Positions 19,101-27,325 are shown, numbered from the stretch's first letter. The stretch is DNA of 64,000 nucleotides from Candidatus Beckwithbacteria bacterium (GCA_026397255.1 JAPLVF010000013.1:150062-214061), one strand, 5' to 3'. Numbers and translations are program-made. Notes: a model not told the origin generated them from the sequence alone.

Positions 19101-19139
19101 CATAATGTAACTTTTAAGTTACTATCAATCTAAATTGGC

Positions 19140-19448
19140 ATGAAAAAGATTTATTATGACAAAAATGCTGATAAAGAACTGGCTGAATTTTCCATTTCAG
19201 TTCAAAAAGTTTTCTTATCTTTAATCAATATTTTGAAAACAACCGGAAAACTGGAGTTTCCGGTAACTAAAAAACTTGAGAAAAATCTTTATGAAATCAG
19301 AGTTAAGTTACAAGGAGAATTCCGAGGTTTTTATGCATATATGGGAAAAGAATTTATTGTCATTCTTCACTTTTTCCATAAAAAGACCCAGAAAACACCG
19401 TTAAAAAACCTAAAAACCGCTAAAAGGAGGTTAAAACAATATGAATGA
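19140..19448 (+). CDS. higB: Type II toxin, HigB / Gp49-like (RelE/ParE superfamily)
   Basis: 102 aa. Contains LYEIRV...GFYAY...FIVILHFFHKKTQKTP, characteristic of the Gp49/HigB family. Overlaps the downstream HTH gene by 8 bp. Confidence 0.6.
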   Translation: MKKIYYDKNADKELAEFSISVQKVFLSLINILKTTGKLEFPVTKKLEKNLYEIRVKLQGEFRGFYAYMGKEFIVILHFFHKKTQKTPLKNLKTAKRRLKQYE

Positions 19449-19746
19449 TAAAATTAAAACCGCAATTAAAAGAGGAGATTTAATTTCTTATGATGAAGTT
19501 TTTTCGCGGTATTCTAAAAAACACCAAAGAGAAATTTTAAAACAAGCCCGCTATTTAAAAGCGGCCATGGCCTTAAGAAAATTAAGAAAACAACTGAAAT
19601 TAACCCAAGAAAAATTGGCCAGTAAAATGAAAGTAAAACGGGAATTTATCAGCCGGGCAGAAAGCGGAGAGCAAAACTTAACCCTGGAAACTCTCTATCA
19701 AATCGCCGAAGCGACGGGTAAAAGTTTTCGGTTTCAGTTTAAATAA
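19441..19746 (+). CDS. higA: Type II antitoxin, HigA-like XRE-family HTH protein
   Basis: LTQEKLASKMKVKREFISRAESGEQNLTLETLYQIAEATGK is a canonical HTH_XRE. The toxin-first gene order is that of HigBA. Confidence 0.65.
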   Translation: MNDKIKTAIKRGDLISYDEVFSRYSKKHQREILKQARYLKAAMALRKLRKQLKLTQEKLASKMKVKREFISRAESGEQNLTLETLYQIAEATGKSFRFQFK

Positions 19747-19800
19747 ATCTACGACGCTTCCAAAAACGAGAGGGAATATTTGTTGAAGAAAATTAAAGAT

Positions 19801-19826
19801 TCTCACATACCGGGTGTGTGATAGAG
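19801..19826. repeat. REP-like palindrome (subtype II variant) 5 bp downstream of the RAYT gene stop
   Basis: tctcacataccgggtgtgtgatagag. The arms tcacatacc and ggtgtgtga pair with one G-T wobble. Confidence 0.75.
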
Positions 19827-19830
19827 AAAA

Positions 19831-20517
19831 TTAGTCAGTTTCAGGATTTTCAAGCAAGATGTGTTTAATTATTGATAGTTCTCTTTGATAATCAGCCTGG
19901 CCAAAAATAAAATCTTCATAACCATTAAGTTTTTTAAAATAGTTAACAATAATGTCTTTCTGACAAATTTCATTTTTTAATCTTAAGTATTCCGGAAGTG
20001 AAGAATATTGATAGTCTTTTAAGCTGGAGATTGTCTTGATGATTCCGGAACTATAAGGATTAAGATGGATATAGCGGGTAACGTGTAAAAGTTGTTGTTC
20101 CGTTTCGACTCTTATAGATTTAAATCTTCCTTGGAAAATTGGCCCTATTCTTTTATTCTTAACATTAAAATAATGAGTATAGCTTTCAGATAGTTTGCGC
20201 ATAAATTCAGAAATTCCTTTATCGTTAACTTGTTTTAAGAGAAAATGAAAATGATTAGGCATTAAACAATAACAGATGATCTCTACGAAATATTTTTTTG
20301 ATTCATTTAGTTTTAATAAATACTCTGCTCTTACTGATTGCGGTAATCGGGAAAAGTATGAATACCGCATTGATTGTTGGTAATGCTGATAGTAAAGAGC
20401 AGTTTCTAAGAATCGACGATAATAGCGATTATCATTGAAAATTGGCATTGAAGCTACGCCGCGATTAATAACGTGATAAATTTCCCCTGTAACTAAAGGA
20501 TCTTCTCTACTGGGCAT
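19831..20517 (-). CDS. Y1 HuH tyrosine transposase, REP-associated (RAYT / IS200-like TnpA)
   Basis: HuH motif CLMPNHFHFLL and the catalytic-Tyr motif VTRYIHLNP. The gene is bracketed by inverted REP palindromes (19801-19826 and 20538-20561). Confidence 0.7.
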   Translation of the reverse strand: MPSREDPLVTGEIYHVINRGVASMPIFNDNRYYRRFLETALYYQHYQQSMRYSYFSRLPQSVRAEYLLKLNESKKYFVEIICYCLMPNHFHFLLKQVNDKGISEFMRKLSESYTHYFNVKNKRIGPIFQGRFKSIRVETEQQLLHVTRYIHLNPYSSGIIKTISSLKDYQYSSLPEYLRLKNEICQKDIIVNYFKKLNGYEDFIFGQADYQRELSIIKHILLENPETD

Positions 20518-20537
20518 TGATTTTTATACTACTATTA

Positions 20538-20575
20538 CTATCACACACCGGGTGTGTGATGTCGAGAATGTGATG
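20538..20575. repeat. REP-like palindrome subtype II (copy 3) plus an adjacent half-site
   Basis: ctatcacacaccgggtgtgtgatg has perfect 10-bp arms and is followed by gagaatgtgatg, a subtype-I half-site. The palindrome supplies the last codons (HHTPGV) and stop of secF. Confidence 0.8.
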
Positions 20576-21437
20576 TTTTAATTTCTTCCCAGAGAACTAA
20601 TAAAGGCGCGGCGGTAAAGGTGGAAGAATAGGTGCCGGAGACGGTGCCGATTAATAAGGCAAAAACAAACCATTTAGTGGTGGAACCGCCGAATAAATAC
20701 AAGGCTAAAAGCATAAAAATAATCGTTAAGGAATTATTAAGCGAGCGGCCGAGGGTTTCGGTAACGGCTTTGTTGACTAACTGGGTAAAAGATAATTTAG
20801 GAAAGAGTTTTTGCGATTCACGGATACGGTCATAAACAACAATGGTGTCATGAACAGAAAAAGACAAAATCGTCAACAAGGCGGTGACAAACAAAGAATC
20901 GATTTCCACCCCAAAATAAACTCCTAAGAAAGCAAAGACACCGATCATAATAAAAGTGTCATGCAGCATAGCTAAGATGGCACAAACACCGAATTTGGCA
21001 TTGCGAAAACGATAAGCGACATAGCCAAGAATAAAGCCGGCAGAAAGCAGAATGCCAACAATGGTCTTCAGGATTAATTCTTTTCCCAGCGTCGGTCCAA
21101 TTGTTTCAAAGCGTTTTTCACTGACGGGTCCGAATTTTTGAGAAATGGCTGTCTGCAATTTTTGACTGGCTGATTGGTCGATGACTTGAGAACGGATAAT
21201 AAAGGTGTTAACCCCGGCAGTCTGCAGATTGCTTAAAGCAATTTCTGACTCCACCACCGGACGCAGTTCATTTAAAGCAATATTTTTATCAGATTGAAGG
21301 CTAATTTCCAATAAGCTGCCGCCGGTAAAATCGACGCTGGGCTTTAAACCGTGGCGAATAAGAAAATACAAACCAGGCAGAATAAACAATAAAGAAAAAG
21401 CAAAGTATAAATATTTGTATTTCATGAAGTTGATCAT
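20541..21437 (-). CDS. secF: Protein translocase subunit SecF
   Basis: SecF N-terminus ...SVDFTGGSLLEI and 6 TM segments. The C-terminal SHSRHHTPGV plus stop is encoded by REP copy 3. Confidence 0.9.
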   Translation of the reverse strand: MINFMKYKYLYFAFSLLFILPGLYFLIRHGLKPSVDFTGGSLLEISLQSDKNIALNELRPVVESEIALSNLQTAGVNTFIIRSQVIDQSASQKLQTAISQKFGPVSEKRFETIGPTLGKELILKTIVGILLSAGFILGYVAYRFRNAKFGVCAILAMLHDTFIMIGVFAFLGVYFGVEIDSLFVTALLTILSFSVHDTIVVYDRIRESQKLFPKLSFTQLVNKAVTETLGRSLNNSLTIIFMLLALYLFGGSTTKWFVFALLIGTVSGTYSSTFTAAPLLVLWEEIKTSHSRHHTPGV

Positions 21438-22693
21438 AAGTTGACCCGCCTCCCTAAAAATAATCTCATAAAAGTCCGAGTAACAATAATGCCGGTAAAT
21501 AAACTGATTAAAACCCCGATTAATAAGGTCAAGGCAAAACCACGGACCATGCCGGAAACATTAAGGAAAGTAAAATTAAACGGATTGATTAAAACTAGGC
21601 TGGTGATAATGGTAGCGGTGTTGGCATCTTTAATTGAGTCCCAAGCCCGGCCAAAAGCCAGCTCTAAAGCTACCGAATAAGGCCGGCCATCTCTTAATTC
21701 TTCCTTCAGGCGCTCGAAAATTAAGATATTGGAGTCAACGGCCATGCCAATCGTTAAAATAAAACCGGCAATTCCGGGAAGAGTCAGGGTGACGGGAACC
21801 AGCTTATAGATAGCTAGGGTGATTAGGCCATAGATCGCTAGGGCCACGTCAGCTAAAAAGCCATTAAAACCATACAGAAGGATCATAAAAAACATCACCA
21901 ATCCCAAGCCGACAGCACCGGCAACCAGACTTTTGGCGACCGAATCAGCCCCCAGGGTGGCGGAAATATTTTCCTGCTCAACAATTTTAATCGGCACCGG
22001 CAAAGCGCCGGCGTTTAACTGGATGGCTAAATCGGCCGCAGTTTTAGGAGTAAAGCTACTTGAAGAAATAATGGCCTGGCCGTTCAGAATCGGCTCATTA
22101 ACGGTCGGGGCAGTAATCAACTGATCGTCCAAAAAAATGGCCAGTGGTTTTTGGACATTCCTAGTAGTAATGTCCGCAAACTTTTTGCCTCCGACTTCGG
22201 TAAACTCTAAGCTGACCACCGGCTGACCAGAAGTTCCGCCTGACTGACCAAAAGTGACGCTGGCTTTTTTCAAATCTTTGCCGGTTAAACCGGCCGGCTG
22301 AAAGATAAGACTGGTAGCGCCGGGAGTCGAGGTTTGATCTTCCCGAAAATCGAGCTGAGCGGTTTGGCCAATCAGACCAATAGCCTGATTAATGTCTTTA
22401 ATACCGGGAAGTTCCACAATTAAACGGTAAGATTCTTCCTGAGTTGAAGTCTGAAGGACCGGTTCGGAAACGCCATAGAGATCCACCCGGCGGGCAATCA
22501 CCTGTTTAACTGATTCCAGGGCGTCGCTTCTGTCTTTCTTGTCCAGACCGGACATATCCGTTTGAAGAATTAAATGAGTCCCACCCTGCAAATCCAAGCC
22601 AGTTTTTAAGGGAATCTGAGAACGAAGGTCAATAAAGAGACAAACCGCAGTCAAGCCAATAATAAATAAAAATCGCCAAAAAAGCCGGTTCAT
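21434..22693 (-). CDS. secD: Protein translocase subunit SecD
   Basis: 419 aa with a periplasmic domain and a C-terminal 6-TM block. Overlaps secF by 4 bp. Confidence 0.9.
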   Translation of the reverse strand: MNRLFWRFLFIIGLTAVCLFIDLRSQIPLKTGLDLQGGTHLILQTDMSGLDKKDRSDALESVKQVIARRVDLYGVSEPVLQTSTQEESYRLIVELPGIKDINQAIGLIGQTAQLDFREDQTSTPGATSLIFQPAGLTGKDLKKASVTFGQSGGTSGQPVVSLEFTEVGGKKFADITTRNVQKPLAIFLDDQLITAPTVNEPILNGQAIISSSSFTPKTAADLAIQLNAGALPVPIKIVEQENISATLGADSVAKSLVAGAVGLGLVMFFMILLYGFNGFLADVALAIYGLITLAIYKLVPVTLTLPGIAGFILTIGMAVDSNILIFERLKEELRDGRPYSVALELAFGRAWDSIKDANTATIITSLVLINPFNFTFLNVSGMVRGFALTLLIGVLISLFTGIIVTRTFMRLFLGRRVNL

Positions 22694-22696
22694 AAA

Positions 22697-22885
22697 CTAT
22701 GGCGCCGGCGGCAAAGAATTTAAAGATAGCTGTTTGGCGCCTTGAAAAGAATAAATTACCTGGCCGGTTTCCAGAACGGTTTTTACCTTAACCTTGTCTT
22801 TGGCCTTGATACCGACGGCCTTAACAAAAGAAGAAGGCACGGTGACACCAAGGCTGTTACCGACGGTCATAACTTTTTGTTCCAT
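22697..22885 (-). CDS. AbrB/MazE/SpoVT-family swapped-hairpin DNA-binding protein
   Basis: 62 aa. MTVGNSLGVTVPSSFVKAVGIKAKDKVKV matches the MazE/AbrB ..GNS.gV.iP... pattern. No cognate toxin is adjacent. Confidence 0.5.
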   Translation of the reverse strand: MEQKVMTVGNSLGVTVPSSFVKAVGIKAKDKVKVKTVLETGQVIYSFQGAKQLSLNSLPPAP

Positions 22886-22918
22886 AAATTATATTACCTT
22901 TCGACTTCGCTCAAGGTC

Positions 22919-23503
22919 TTAGCCGACCATCTCCTCTTCGTCGCCGATCAGCATGACCCGCCCGGCCATCAAAATTTTTTGTAAAAAAGGGTCGCGGCGC
23001 TGTTTTCTAAACGCAAATTCTTCTACAGACATGGGCGCGTAATTAATCTCTTTTTCGCGTTCACTTTCGGCTTTACGGATTAACTGATTAAGCTCAGCGG
23101 CCTTAATCGTTCCGACTAATAAAAGGTCAATGTTTTCGTCTGATTTGCGGGGCATCCGCCGGGCAAAGCGGCCGGAAAGAAGGGCAAATTTAATATTACC
23201 CAAAGCAGCTTTGTGCTTAATAATGTCCGCCCCCAAACCGACAGTTTTAGCTGTTAAATTAATTAAATCCTGGTAGAAAGCATAGTTTTTATTGAAAAAG
23301 TAATATAACCGGTTGGCCCGAGCCTCTTTTTTCACCAGGCCCCGCTTTTCCAAACGACCAAGCTCGCGGCGGACGGCATTGATTTCTTCTCCGGCCAAAC
23401 GCACCAGCTGCCGCACATAAAATATTTCCTGAGGCTGATTTAGAAAAAGCTGAATCAGCTTGACGCGGACTTTTGAAACAAACAGATCTTGTAGTTCCGC
23501 CAT
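22919..23503 (-). CDS. Winged-helix domain protein with a possible nucleotidyltransferase-like C-terminal region
   Basis: N-terminal wHTH-like segment (YVRQLVRLAGEEINAVRRELGRLEKRGLV). The C-terminal IDLLLVG is reminiscent of minimal nucleotidyltransferases. The assignment is weak. Confidence 0.35.
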   Translation of the reverse strand: MAELQDLFVSKVRVKLIQLFLNQPQEIFYVRQLVRLAGEEINAVRRELGRLEKRGLVKKEARANRLYYFFNKNYAFYQDLINLTAKTVGLGADIIKHKAALGNIKFALLSGRFARRMPRKSDENIDLLLVGTIKAAELNQLIRKAESEREKEINYAPMSVEEFAFRKQRRDPFLQKILMAGRVMLIGDEEEMVG

Positions 23504-23521
23504 AATGGTCTTTCTGGCAGG

Positions 23522-24709
23522 TTAATAAGCTACCTTGGTGCCGACTGGCAAAACAGAAATCCAGATTTTACCTGGGTTAAAAACGATTTCTTTAGCTTTA
23601 TCGTCGTAAAAAACCGTCCGGCTGGTACGTTTGGCTTTGGCCCAAGTACCGGCAATGGCTTGGCCGTCTTTAAAAATTAAAGCTTTGCCTTGACCAATGG
23701 TGGTATATAAAAGATGAACGTTGCCGGGATAACCATCATTGGCATTTTTTTCTACGCTAAACTGAACCAGCAGATTTTTGGTGGTTAACTGTTCGTTAAT
23801 ATTCAGATCTTTATGCTCCTGACCGCCATTAAACCGCTTATAAAGGTTGCTGGTTTTATCGTATTGCCAACTAACAGCATAGTTTTCATCTTCCCAAAAC
23901 GGATAACTAACGGTTTGAGAATCCGACCGTTTGTCTTGGGCGCTGTCGTCTTTAGCAAATTTCCAGGGAGTAAACCCCTTTGACCATTCAACTTTATCCG
24001 GGTCAAGATTGGTAAAGCCGCGCTTGACGCCAATCTCCCACAATTTGGTGGTGGTTGAATACATCGTGTGTTCCGTGGCGACAGTATGTCCTAATCTTTC
24101 ATAATCGCGCCAGAAAGTCGGATAACCAATAGAAAATTGGTTTAAATCATTGGCGCCGGCCCAACCATAGCTTTCCAATTGGCCGAGGGCGTCCGCCGGT
24201 CCCGAAGTATTGGCGCCGCCGACATGGGCATACAAAGGCAGGTTGTATTCGGAGGCCCAATCGACAAAATAGGTCCGGGCGCTACGCACCGGCCCAATAA
24301 TTGATTCATAGGCAGCTGCCTGACAGTAAAAAATAGCTTCAAAACGAGTAATCCCGCCTTCAGCGATGCCTTCGTAAACAATATCGGCATCAGACAAACC
24401 GGATTGCGGCCTGGCCTCTAAATGATTCTCAATCATCACGGCTAAAGGCCGACGGCTTTCCCAAAGTTTTTGTTCGGCGGCAGAGTATTTGGCCCCATTG
24501 AGCGGACAAACGGCAGTTTTGGCGCCAGTAACATCGGTAAGCGCCTTCCGGTTGTTGTTTTCCGCCTGATTTGTATTTGAGCTAGATAGGGGCGAAGTTA
24601 AACTACTGCCACCCTTAAAAGCGAAAGTAAAGGCGGCAAAAGAAATACCGGTCACTAATAAATAAACTCCAACGCTTCCAATGATGAATAAAAATTTTTT
24701 ATTTGGCAT
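23522..24709 (-). CDS. DUF3048-family exported protein (YerB-like)
   Basis: TM/signal anchor, then RPLAVMIENH...ARPQSGLSDADIVYEGIAEGGITRFEAIF, which matches the DUF3048 signature as recalled. Confidence 0.5.
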   Translation of the reverse strand: MPNKKFLFIIGSVGVYLLVTGISFAAFTFAFKGGSSLTSPLSSSNTNQAENNNRKALTDVTGAKTAVCPLNGAKYSAAEQKLWESRRPLAVMIENHLEARPQSGLSDADIVYEGIAEGGITRFEAIFYCQAAAYESIIGPVRSARTYFVDWASEYNLPLYAHVGGANTSGPADALGQLESYGWAGANDLNQFSIGYPTFWRDYERLGHTVATEHTMYSTTTKLWEIGVKRGFTNLDPDKVEWSKGFTPWKFAKDDSAQDKRSDSQTVSYPFWEDENYAVSWQYDKTSNLYKRFNGGQEHKDLNINEQLTTKNLLVQFSVEKNANDGYPGNVHLLYTTIGQGKALIFKDGQAIAGTWAKAKRTSRTVFYDDKAKEIVFNPGKIWISVLPVGTKVAY

Positions 24710-25160
24710 TTTGGATCGCTTTTAGCTCCTCCTTGGATAATTCATAATTTTCTGCCTGTTTATTTTTAATGGTTTTAGCATAAAGCCGGGTGGCCTCACG
24801 GGAATGAAGCGAGCTTAAAACCAAGCCATTATCATTTTCGTCAAGCAAGGCCAGACAAAAACTTTGGTCGCCCCCGGTTTGGGAAAAAGGGTTAAAGCGG
24901 ACAAAACCAATTTTTTGGAAAGTTGATTTAAGATTAACTTTAACCTTAATTAATTCCTGATTAAGTATAGCAATTTCTTTTTCGTTTAGCTCGACTTTGT
25001 CTAAAAGTTGGGATAAAACCGTTTTTAAATCTTTTTTGGTAATTTTTTTTGTCAGGCGGTTATAGTGAAGCAAGGAGCGGACTAATAACACTGTCAAAAC
25101 AATTACCCAAAGAAACAAAAATAAAACCAAATATTGCAGGATAACTGAATTGAGTATCAT
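24699..25160 (-). CDS. DUF4446-family membrane protein
   Basis: N-terminal TM, then VRFNPFSQTGGDQSFCLALLDENDNGLVLSSLHSREATRLYAK, recalled as the DUF4446 core. Confidence 0.45.
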   Translation of the reverse strand: MILNSVILQYLVLFLFLWVIVLTVLLVRSLLHYNRLTKKITKKDLKTVLSQLLDKVELNEKEIAILNQELIKVKVNLKSTFQKIGFVRFNPFSQTGGDQSFCLALLDENDNGLVLSSLHSREATRLYAKTIKNKQAENYELSKEELKAIQNAK

Positions 25161-25192
25161 CTGTGTTCTAATTTTATACTATAATATTACTT

Positions 25193-25396
25193 ATGTCCAA
25201 AAGAAGAACCAGGGAACAAAAAATCAGGGCTAAACAAAGGGTTGAGACAAGAGAAATAATTCCCACAGCCATGCCAGAAAAAAACCAAGAAATGGAAAAG
25301 AGACGGTTAATAATTAAAGATTTAAAGAAAACTTTACTGATTACTGCCGGGTTTTTAATAATCCTGGCCATTTTATCAATTTGGCTAAAGCTTTAG
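25193..25396 (+). CDS. Possible small membrane protein
   Basis: 67 aa with a basic N-terminus and one TM helix. Upstream is a tatactataat -10-like element. It overlaps the convergent rdgB 3' end by 56 bp, so it may be spurious. Confidence 0.25.
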   Translation: MSKRRTREQKIRAKQRVETREIIPTAMPEKNQEMEKRRLIIKDLKKTLLITAGFLIILAILSIWLKL

Positions 25397-25919
25397 CCCG
25401 GTGACTATAAAGATTTTTTTGGCTTAAACTCATTTGGGCAAAAGTTTTTTTCAGGGGCGGATAATAAAAAATCGGGTCAAAACCAAAACCCTTTTTCCCT
25501 TTAGGCTCAAGATTAATTAGCCCTTTAGCTTCACCGGTGAAAGTGATAATTTTTCTGCCTGGCTGATAAAAAGCTAAACAACAAACAAATTTTGCTTGGC
25601 GGTTAGACTTGCCTGCCAAGCGACGAATAATCTCGGCCATTGCCCGAGAATAATTCCCCCGGGCAAAACGGTTAGTTTTGATTCCGGGAAAACCGTTTAA
25701 ACTAGATATAACCAAGCCAGAGTCGTCAGCTAAAACAGATGTGTTGAAGTAGCGGCCGTAAGTGGCGACTTTAATTATGGCATTTTCCCGAAAACTCTGG
25801 CCAGCTTCTTTAATGGTAAGTGGCTTTGGTGACTTAAGTAACTTAAGAGAGGAATTTTTTAATAAAAATCTATACTCTTTGACTTTGTTTTGGTTTTGAG
25901 TAGCCAGAAAAACTTTCAT
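25341..25919 (-). CDS. rdgB: Non-canonical purine NTP pyrophosphatase (RdgB/HAM1)
   Basis: Contains MKVFLATQNQNKVKE, DDSGL, GFGFDPIF and SHRAKA motifs. Confidence 0.8.
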   Translation of the reverse strand: MKVFLATQNQNKVKEYRFLLKNSSLKLLKSPKPLTIKEAGQSFRENAIIKVATYGRYFNTSVLADDSGLVISSLNGFPGIKTNRFARGNYSRAMAEIIRRLAGKSNRQAKFVCCLAFYQPGRKIITFTGEAKGLINLEPKGKKGFGFDPIFYYPPLKKTFAQMSLSQKNLYSHRAKALAKLIKWPGLLKTRQ

Positions 25920-25939
25920 TAGCTATAATATAAAGAGAA

Positions 25940-26512
25940 ATGGAAGAAAATGCTCGTTGGAAACTAATCGCTGTCTTTAAACTTGTGATCGTAGTGCTAT
26001 TGTTTGTGGTCACCGGATTATTTTTGTTTAACTGGCAGAAAAAAAGTAAACTAACAACAGCTAAAATTGGTTTTGCCGGCCTCATCGGCCAAACAAACGG
26101 AGCGATTTTAACAATTCCCTACCAACAAACTTTGTACAAATATTTCGGCGCGACAATCGATCCCAAGGTTACGTTACCGGTAAAAACGATTTACGGATAT
26201 AAAGATTTTGAATTTTTAATTGACAGTGGGGCAGTAGTCTCGGCTTTACCGCAAACTTTAGCCTCCGACTTAGGGGTAAGCCTGGAAGAGTTGCCAAGAA
26301 TTACAATTGAGGGTTTTGCCGGACAGAAAACGTTTGCCTATCGGGGTGAATTTGTCATTAAAATCGGTAAAGAAGAAGTAGTAATCCCGGTGGTGTTTTC
26401 GGAAAACCCGAACAGCAGTAATATTTTGGGGAGAATCGGATTTTTTGAACAATTCAATGTTAATTTTGACGCCAATAACCAAACAATAATAATTACTAAA
26501 AAAGGCAGCTAA
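25940..26512 (+). CDS. Membrane-anchored retropepsin-like aspartic protease (clan AA)
   Basis: N-terminal TM helix and the catalytic motif FLIDSGAVVSALP (D-S-G-A), which implies a dimeric pepsin-like fold. Confidence 0.55.
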   Translation: MEENARWKLIAVFKLVIVVLLFVVTGLFLFNWQKKSKLTTAKIGFAGLIGQTNGAILTIPYQQTLYKYFGATIDPKVTLPVKTIYGYKDFEFLIDSGAVVSALPQTLASDLGVSLEELPRITIEGFAGQKTFAYRGEFVIKIGKEEVVIPVVFSENPNSSNILGRIGFFEQFNVNFDANNQTIIITKKGS

Positions 26513-26517
26513 TTTCT

Positions 26518-27324
26518 ATGAGTCTTTTAAGGTGGTTTTATCAGCTTTCCTGGAAAAAAATTATGGGGTTTGGAATTTTCCTGCTGCTGGTGGCGGTAAT
26601 TCCGATCAGTATTCAAGTGGCGACTAACCAAACCCGAACCAGGTCGGAGGCGGCGTTAATCCATCCCAGTGTTCAACCGGTAACGGATAGGTTTGAAACA
26701 CCGGCTGGTCCGCCAAAAATTTATTTAGTCGATCACTTCTTCGGTAAAGTCGGCGATTCTGTCTTGATTCACGGCGAAAATCTGGGCGGAATTCACCCGC
26801 AAAGCGCGGTTTATCTGGCCGGCACGAAAATTCCCCACGAAAATTTGGTTTCCTGGACCGGCAGTTACATTGAATTTAAAGTTCCTGAGGGGGCTAAATC
26901 CGGAATAGTGGAAGTGAATATTTTAGGCCAGAAAACCAGTTGGCCGGGAATGTTTTTTGTGACGGACGAGTACACGGAAGCCGAATTGGCTTTAACCAAA
27001 AATCAAAACATTCCTAATGTTGCCAACTTAACGGCGACAAATATTCAATCGGCAGAAGAAATATTGGTGTGGCTGTTAATTTTCAGCGGCGACGGCGGCT
27101 TGACCATCAGTCCACTTAACGCCACAATTACTGAGCAAAATATAATTAACCTGCCGATTGGCAAAGTCTATGAACTGAAGCTAACCAACTTAAATGAAAA
27201 GGGGGAACTGTTAAAAATAGTTAAAGGTGAAAAACAGATGGTGGGGATTGCCCGGGCGGAAATTTCCCGTGCTGACAACACATTGATCCCGGTCAAATCC
27301 AACCCGCTATACGTGAGTTTTTAA
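26518..27324 (+). CDS. Membrane-anchored protein with an IPT/TIG-like domain
   Basis: N-terminal TM. IYLVDHFFGKVGDSVLIHGENLGG...VYLAGTKIP...GSYIEFKVPEGAKSGIVEV fits the IPT/TIG beta-sandwich pattern. Confidence 0.4.
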   Translation: MSLLRWFYQLSWKKIMGFGIFLLLVAVIPISIQVATNQTRTRSEAALIHPSVQPVTDRFETPAGPPKIYLVDHFFGKVGDSVLIHGENLGGIHPQSAVYLAGTKIPHENLVSWTGSYIEFKVPEGAKSGIVEVNILGQKTSWPGMFFVTDEYTEAELALTKNQNIPNVANLTATNIQSAEEILVWLLIFSGDGGLTISPLNATITEQNIINLPIGKVYELKLTNLNEKGELLKIVKGEKQMVGIARAEISRADNTLIPVKSNPLYVSF

Positions 27325-27325
27325 C

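Larger units (their letters stand above)
19801..20575 (-). mobile_element. RAYT-REP unit: the transposase gene plus its flanking palindromes
   Basis: Architecture matches the described REP/RAYT systems: one Y1 transposase gene flanked by REPs, with further REP copies dispersed nearby. Confidence 0.6.
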
